A DNA stretch of 64,000 bases from Thaumarchaeota archaeon UBA164. Lineage in GTDB: Archaea; Thermoproteota; Nitrososphaeria; Conexivisphaerales; UBA164. Both the position numbers and the translations under genes were made by a program. Each line of letters starts with the position of its first letter. The stretch's first letter is position 1. Shown piece after piece: positions 60,336 to 64,000 of the stretch. The notes under the pieces were generated by a model. That model had not been told where the DNA came from, did not search any database, and saw only the letters and a program-made list of their open reading frames with translations. Where the stretch lies: NCBI GenBank assembly GCA_002499005.1, contig DAJU01000010.1:201302-265301 (forward strand), given 5' to 3'.

Positions 60336-61329
60336 CAGAACCAGGCCCGAGAATTCCCCTTGATGCTTCTATCATTTCGTTTAACCTAAGCCCTGAAATA
60401 AGGGACAACGCCATTGAGTCCCTGTAGAATCTTTCTACGCCCGAATCCTCAAGATAGCCGTAGCCACCATGGACCTGCAGTGATACCCTAGCGGCTCTTC
60501 TTGCAAGGTCAAGCGCAAGTGCCTTTGCCCTGAGCTTGTCCGCGGCCCCATAAACATAGGACTCATAGGCCTCAAGCTGTTCTTTAAGGGACAGCAGGTA
60601 GAAAGAAATAGGCTGGAACTCAAACAGCTTCTTGCCAAAAGCCTCCCTCTGCTTTGAATATTCAATGGCCATGTTTATGCTTCTCCTTGCCATGCCAATG
60701 GCCATTGCCGCAACGGGCCCTGAGGCCTTTAAGAACACGGACTCCGCTTTTTCGTCTGAAATCATAACAGCCTTTTCCCCGTTAAATTCTATGTCTCCAA
60801 ACGCAATGCCCTTGAAGCCGAGAACCCTGTATGTTCTCTTAACCGTTCCTCCCCTGACCAGGTAAAGGCCGTTAAGGCTTACAAGCTTAACCTCCGCGTC
60901 AGGAAGAGGAACAAGCTTGGCGTCCCCTTTTAATCCGCCGTTAATGGAGATTGAGTTCTTTTTTGCCATCCTGAACCCATCGTGGATCATTGTTCCTCTT
61001 ATCTCGCCTGAAGCTATTTCCTTTAGCAACTCCTCGTTGCCGCTGGAGCTCATCAGCGGCGAGGCCACAAGCGAGTTCTGCAGGAACACGTAAAATGAGA
61101 CTGATGGGGAATGCTCCGCAAGGACCTCCAGCACGACCATGTACTGCTTTTCGCTCATCCCTGCGCCGCCAAGCTCAGGCGGCACGATGGCGCCAAGAAA
61201 TCCTGTCTGAGAAAGCTTTGAAATTAGCTGCCGGTCAAGCCCCTCCCTTTCTATTTTTAGCCAGGAGCCCTCTATCTCCTTTTCACAGAACTCGCTAACC
61301 ACCTGCCTTACAAGCTCCTCCTCGCTCAT
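60325..61329 (-). CDS. Acyl-CoA dehydrogenase-like subunit (short, lacks catalytic Glu)
   Basis: PPELGGAG, REAFG, QVHGGYGY..ERFYRD present; TEP..GSD and IxEGT absent. Confidence 0.82.
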   Translation of the reverse strand: MSEEELVRQVVSEFCEKEIEGSWLKIEREGLDRQLISKLSQTGFLGAIVPPELGGAGMSEKQYMVVLEVLAEHSPSVSFYVFLQNSLVASPLMSSSGNEELLKEIASGEIRGTMIHDGFRMAKKNSISINGGLKGDAKLVPLPDAEVKLVSLNGLYLVRGGTVKRTYRVLGFKGIAFGDIEFNGEKAVMISDEKAESVFLKASGPVAAMAIGMARRSINMAIEYSKQREAFGKKLFEFQPISFYLLSLKEQLEAYESYVYGAADKLRAKALALDLARRAARVSLQVHGGYGYLEDSGVERFYRDSMALSLISGLRLNEMIEASRGILGPGSATV

Positions 61330-62438
61330 TGTCCGCTCAACCTCTTCATCAGCTGTCTGTATATGACAAGCTTTTCTATTTCACTTGTCCCCTCCCATAT
61401 TTCAGTTATTTTGGCGTCCCTGTACAGCTTTTCCACAGCGCCTTTTATTGCGTCCTCGCCAACAGCCAGCATCGCGGCCTCAGCCACTTCGTTTGCAACC
61501 TCAGCTGAGTAGTACTTTGCCATGCTTGTCAGCGCTGGGTCAGGCCTGAACTGAAATATAAGCGACGCGGCCCTGTAGGTAAGCTGTCTGGCAGCCTCAA
61601 CCTTTGTGGCGGCCTCAGCAAGGACGAACTGCTCCCATTCACCAACGTTCGCCTTCCCCTTAAGCGCCTCCCCAAGCACGTCCAGGAAGCCCTGAGCTAT
61701 GCCTACAGCCTGCGCCGCCACATACGCCCTGCTTATGTTGAAGAACGTCATTATGTAGTAAAATCCCTTGCCCTCCTCTCCAACTAGGTTCTCCTGTGGT
61801 ACCTTTATGTTCTCAAACACAAGCTCTGCTGTATCGGTGGCCCTCATGCCAAGCTTTCCCTTCAGCTTAAATGCCTTTAGCCCCTCCCATCCTCTTTCAA
61901 CAATCACCACGCTCATCCCGTGGTGTCTTTTCTCAAAAGAAGGAGGCGGAGATGACCTAGCAAGCACATAGTAATGACTTGCAACGGAGCCGTTCGTTAT
62001 GAACATCTTATGGCCGTTGAGCAAGAAGCCGCCGTCTGTCTTGCTCAGCGTTGACGCTATCCCCGCAACATCGCTCCCGGCCACAGGCTCCGTAACTGCA
62101 AGCGCGCTTATCCTTTCACCTCTGAGCGTTGGTTCAAGATACTTTTTTCTCTGCTCCTCTGTGCCATAAAGGAGAAGCAGCTCTGACCCAAAGGCCGCGG
62201 CTATTGCTGAAAGCCCAAGCCCAGGATCAACTCTGCAGAACTCCTCCATCGATATCAGCGTCTTCCACGGGTCCTCAAAGCTTACAAAGCCCCCCTCAAA
62301 CACGGCCCTCCTTATTTCGTCTGGATACCCCTCAGTTTCATCGTATTTAAGAGATAGCTCCTCCGTGAAGTTCTTCAGCGCGAACTCCCTGGCCCTTTTC
62401 CGATGCTCCTCATACTGTTCGGGAAGCTCAAATGACAT
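61326..62438 (-). CDS. Acyl-CoA dehydrogenase (catalytic subunit)
   Basis: TEPVAGSD, NGHKMFITNG, KLGMRA, IWEGTSEI; probable ATG 62438. Confidence 0.9.
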   Translation of the reverse strand: MSFELPEQYEEHRKRAREFALKNFTEELSLKYDETEGYPDEIRRAVFEGGFVSFEDPWKTLISMEEFCRVDPGLGLSAIAAAFGSELLLLYGTEEQRKKYLEPTLRGERISALAVTEPVAGSDVAGIASTLSKTDGGFLLNGHKMFITNGSVASHYYVLARSSPPPSFEKRHHGMSVVIVERGWEGLKAFKLKGKLGMRATDTAELVFENIKVPQENLVGEEGKGFYYIMTFFNISRAYVAAQAVGIAQGFLDVLGEALKGKANVGEWEQFVLAEAATKVEAARQLTYRAASLIFQFRPDPALTSMAKYYSAEVANEVAEAAMLAVGEDAIKGAVEKLYRDAKITEIWEGTSEIEKLVIYRQLMKRLSGQ

Positions 62439-62442
62439 GCCG

Positions 62443-63630
62443 CTACACCGACTCCAGAACAATCGCGTAGCCCTGGCCGCCGCCAACGCAGAGGGTTGCA
62501 ACCCCGTACTTCCCGCCCTTTTCCTTAAGGGTCCTGGCAAGGGTCCCGGTTATCCTGGCACCTGTTGCGCCAAGGGGATGCCCTATTGCTATCGCGCCTC
62601 CATGAACGTTTACCCTCTCAGGGTCAAGCCCAAGCTCCTTTATCGCATAAAGCGTTACAACTGCAAATGCCTCGTTTATCTCCCAGAAGTCTATGTCGCT
62701 GACCTTTAGCCCTGCCCTTTCAAGCGCCTTCCTGCTTGCAGGAACTGGCCCCTTCCCCATTATATATGGTTCAACGCCAACCCACGCCATGCCCTTTATT
62801 TTTGCAAGTGGGCTGAGGCCATACCGTTTAACCGCGTCCTCTGACGCAAGCAACAACAGCGAGGCGCCTGCGTTTAAAGGCGATGAATTGCCAGCCGTTA
62901 TGACGCCTCCCGGCTTAAAGGCAGGCGGAAGGTTCTTTATCTGATCCAGGGTTGTGTCTGGCCTTATGCTCTGGTCCCTGTCAACCACAAGCGACTGGCC
63001 CTGATATTCAACTTCAACAGGCATTATCTCACCCTTGAACCAGCCATCGCTTAACGACCTTGCAGCTCTCATGTGGCTTGTGTAAGACCATTCATCCATT
63101 TCATCTTTACCTATTCCGCTCACTTCCGCAAGCTTTTCAGCTGTAAGCCCCATAACATAGCCCACGTTCATCTGATACTTTGCGTACTGAGGCATAAGGA
63201 GCAGCTTGTAGTTTGGCGTAACGTGAGGGTTATCGGCCATTGGAACATGTGTCATGTGCTCCATCCCTCCAGCAAGTACCAGCTCCGAGTTGCCGGTGGC
63301 TATCTCCATGTAGCCTATGCCGGCGGCCGTCATTGACGAAGCACAGGCCCTGTCAACCCCCATTGATGGAACTTCATAAGGAAGGCCCGCCAGAAGAACA
63401 GGATGCCTTCCGCCGTAAAGCCAGTTTTCAGAAACCTGGAAGGCGCAGCCGGTTATGACATCGCCCACCTCCTTTGGATCCACCCCAGTTCTTTCAATGA
63501 CCTTGTTTATGAGCATGCCCAGGGCCTCATCCATCCTTATTGAGTTAAATACGTCCCTTTCAGGCTCCTTTGGCCTTGACCTGGAAAACGCAGTTCTGAG
63601 GTAGTCGACTATGTAAACGTCCCTTGCCAT
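62443..63630 (-). CDS. Acetyl-CoA C-acyltransferase (thiolase)
   Basis: DRACASS, NEAFA, GHPLGATG, LCVGGGQG. Confidence 0.94.
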   Translation of the reverse strand: MARDVYIVDYLRTAFSRSRPKEPERDVFNSIRMDEALGMLINKVIERTGVDPKEVGDVITGCAFQVSENWLYGGRHPVLLAGLPYEVPSMGVDRACASSMTAAGIGYMEIATGNSELVLAGGMEHMTHVPMADNPHVTPNYKLLLMPQYAKYQMNVGYVMGLTAEKLAEVSGIGKDEMDEWSYTSHMRAARSLSDGWFKGEIMPVEVEYQGQSLVVDRDQSIRPDTTLDQIKNLPPAFKPGGVITAGNSSPLNAGASLLLLASEDAVKRYGLSPLAKIKGMAWVGVEPYIMGKGPVPASRKALERAGLKVSDIDFWEINEAFAVVTLYAIKELGLDPERVNVHGGAIAIGHPLGATGARITGTLARTLKEKGGKYGVATLCVGGGQGYAIVLESV

Positions 63631-63635
63631 CCAGA

Positions 63636-64000
63636 TCACCTGCCCTTGTACTGAGGCTTTCTCTTCTGGAGAAGGCTTGAGACCCCCTCCTTCAGGTCCT
63701 GCGTTCCAAAGAGCACGCCAAACGACGTGGACTCCATGTCCAGGCCTATGTCCATAGGCACTTCGGACGCCTTGTTTACAAGCTGCTTTGCAAGCCTAGC
63801 AGCCACAGGCGCAACGGTTCCTGCAAGCTCCTGCGCAAATCTGTCAGTCCACTGGTCTGGATCCCCTTCAATTATCCTGTTAACTATGCCCATCTGGTAG
63901 GCTTCAGCGCCGCTTATCCTCCTGCCAGTAAGTATAAGGTCAAGGGCTCTGGACATGCCTGCCAGCTTGGGCAGCCTTTGCGTGCCTCCCCAGCCTGGGA
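63636..64000 (-). CDS. Enoyl-CoA hydratase domain C-terminus (partial; possibly fused to 3-hydroxyacyl-CoA DH)
   Basis: PGWGGTQRLPKL.., TGRRISGAEA, DLKEGV..KRKPQY; runs off the window. Confidence 0.85.
   Translation of the reverse strand, partial: PGWGGTQRLPKLAGMSRALDLILTGRRISGAEAYQMGIVNRIIEGDPDQWTDRFAQELAGTVAPVAARLAKQLVNKASEVPMDIGLDMESTSFGVLFGTQDLKEGVSSLLQKRKPQYKGR

Overview
Archaeal chromosomal segment. TATA-type promoters, intron-containing tRNAs, Sec61beta, Rpp21, archaeal ThrRS/PheT and the nuoABCDHIJKMLN gene order suggest a thermophilic TACK archaeon, perhaps a deep Nitrososphaerota relative (inference). The left end is the edge of an integrated element (tyrosine recombinase next to an intron-containing tRNA-Ser(CGA)), followed by an unassigned, highly base-paired ~400-nt non-coding region. 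Core genes follow: prpD/prpB, tRNA-Gln, an 11-subunit complex I-like operon, base-excision-repair genes and class II RNR. From ~25 to 46 kb lies an accessory island with APC permeases, a polyol dehydrogenase, an aldolase, an aldehyde dehydrogenase, an FGGY kinase, G3PDH-CoxG, an ABC importer and a class III aminotransferase, littered with IS6, IS110 and TnpB remnants and pseudogene fragments. The right part holds tatABC, an mscS gene split by an intact TnpB-only IS200/IS605 element (cleavage motifs deducible: TCAC/TCAG), pheT, thrS, tRNA-Gln(CTG) and a beta-oxidation/ETF cluster. That cluster contains two acyl-CoA dehydrogenases with complementary motif losses, a likely heteromeric ACAD. No CRISPR array or rRNA was seen. 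All calls are by eye; no searches were run.
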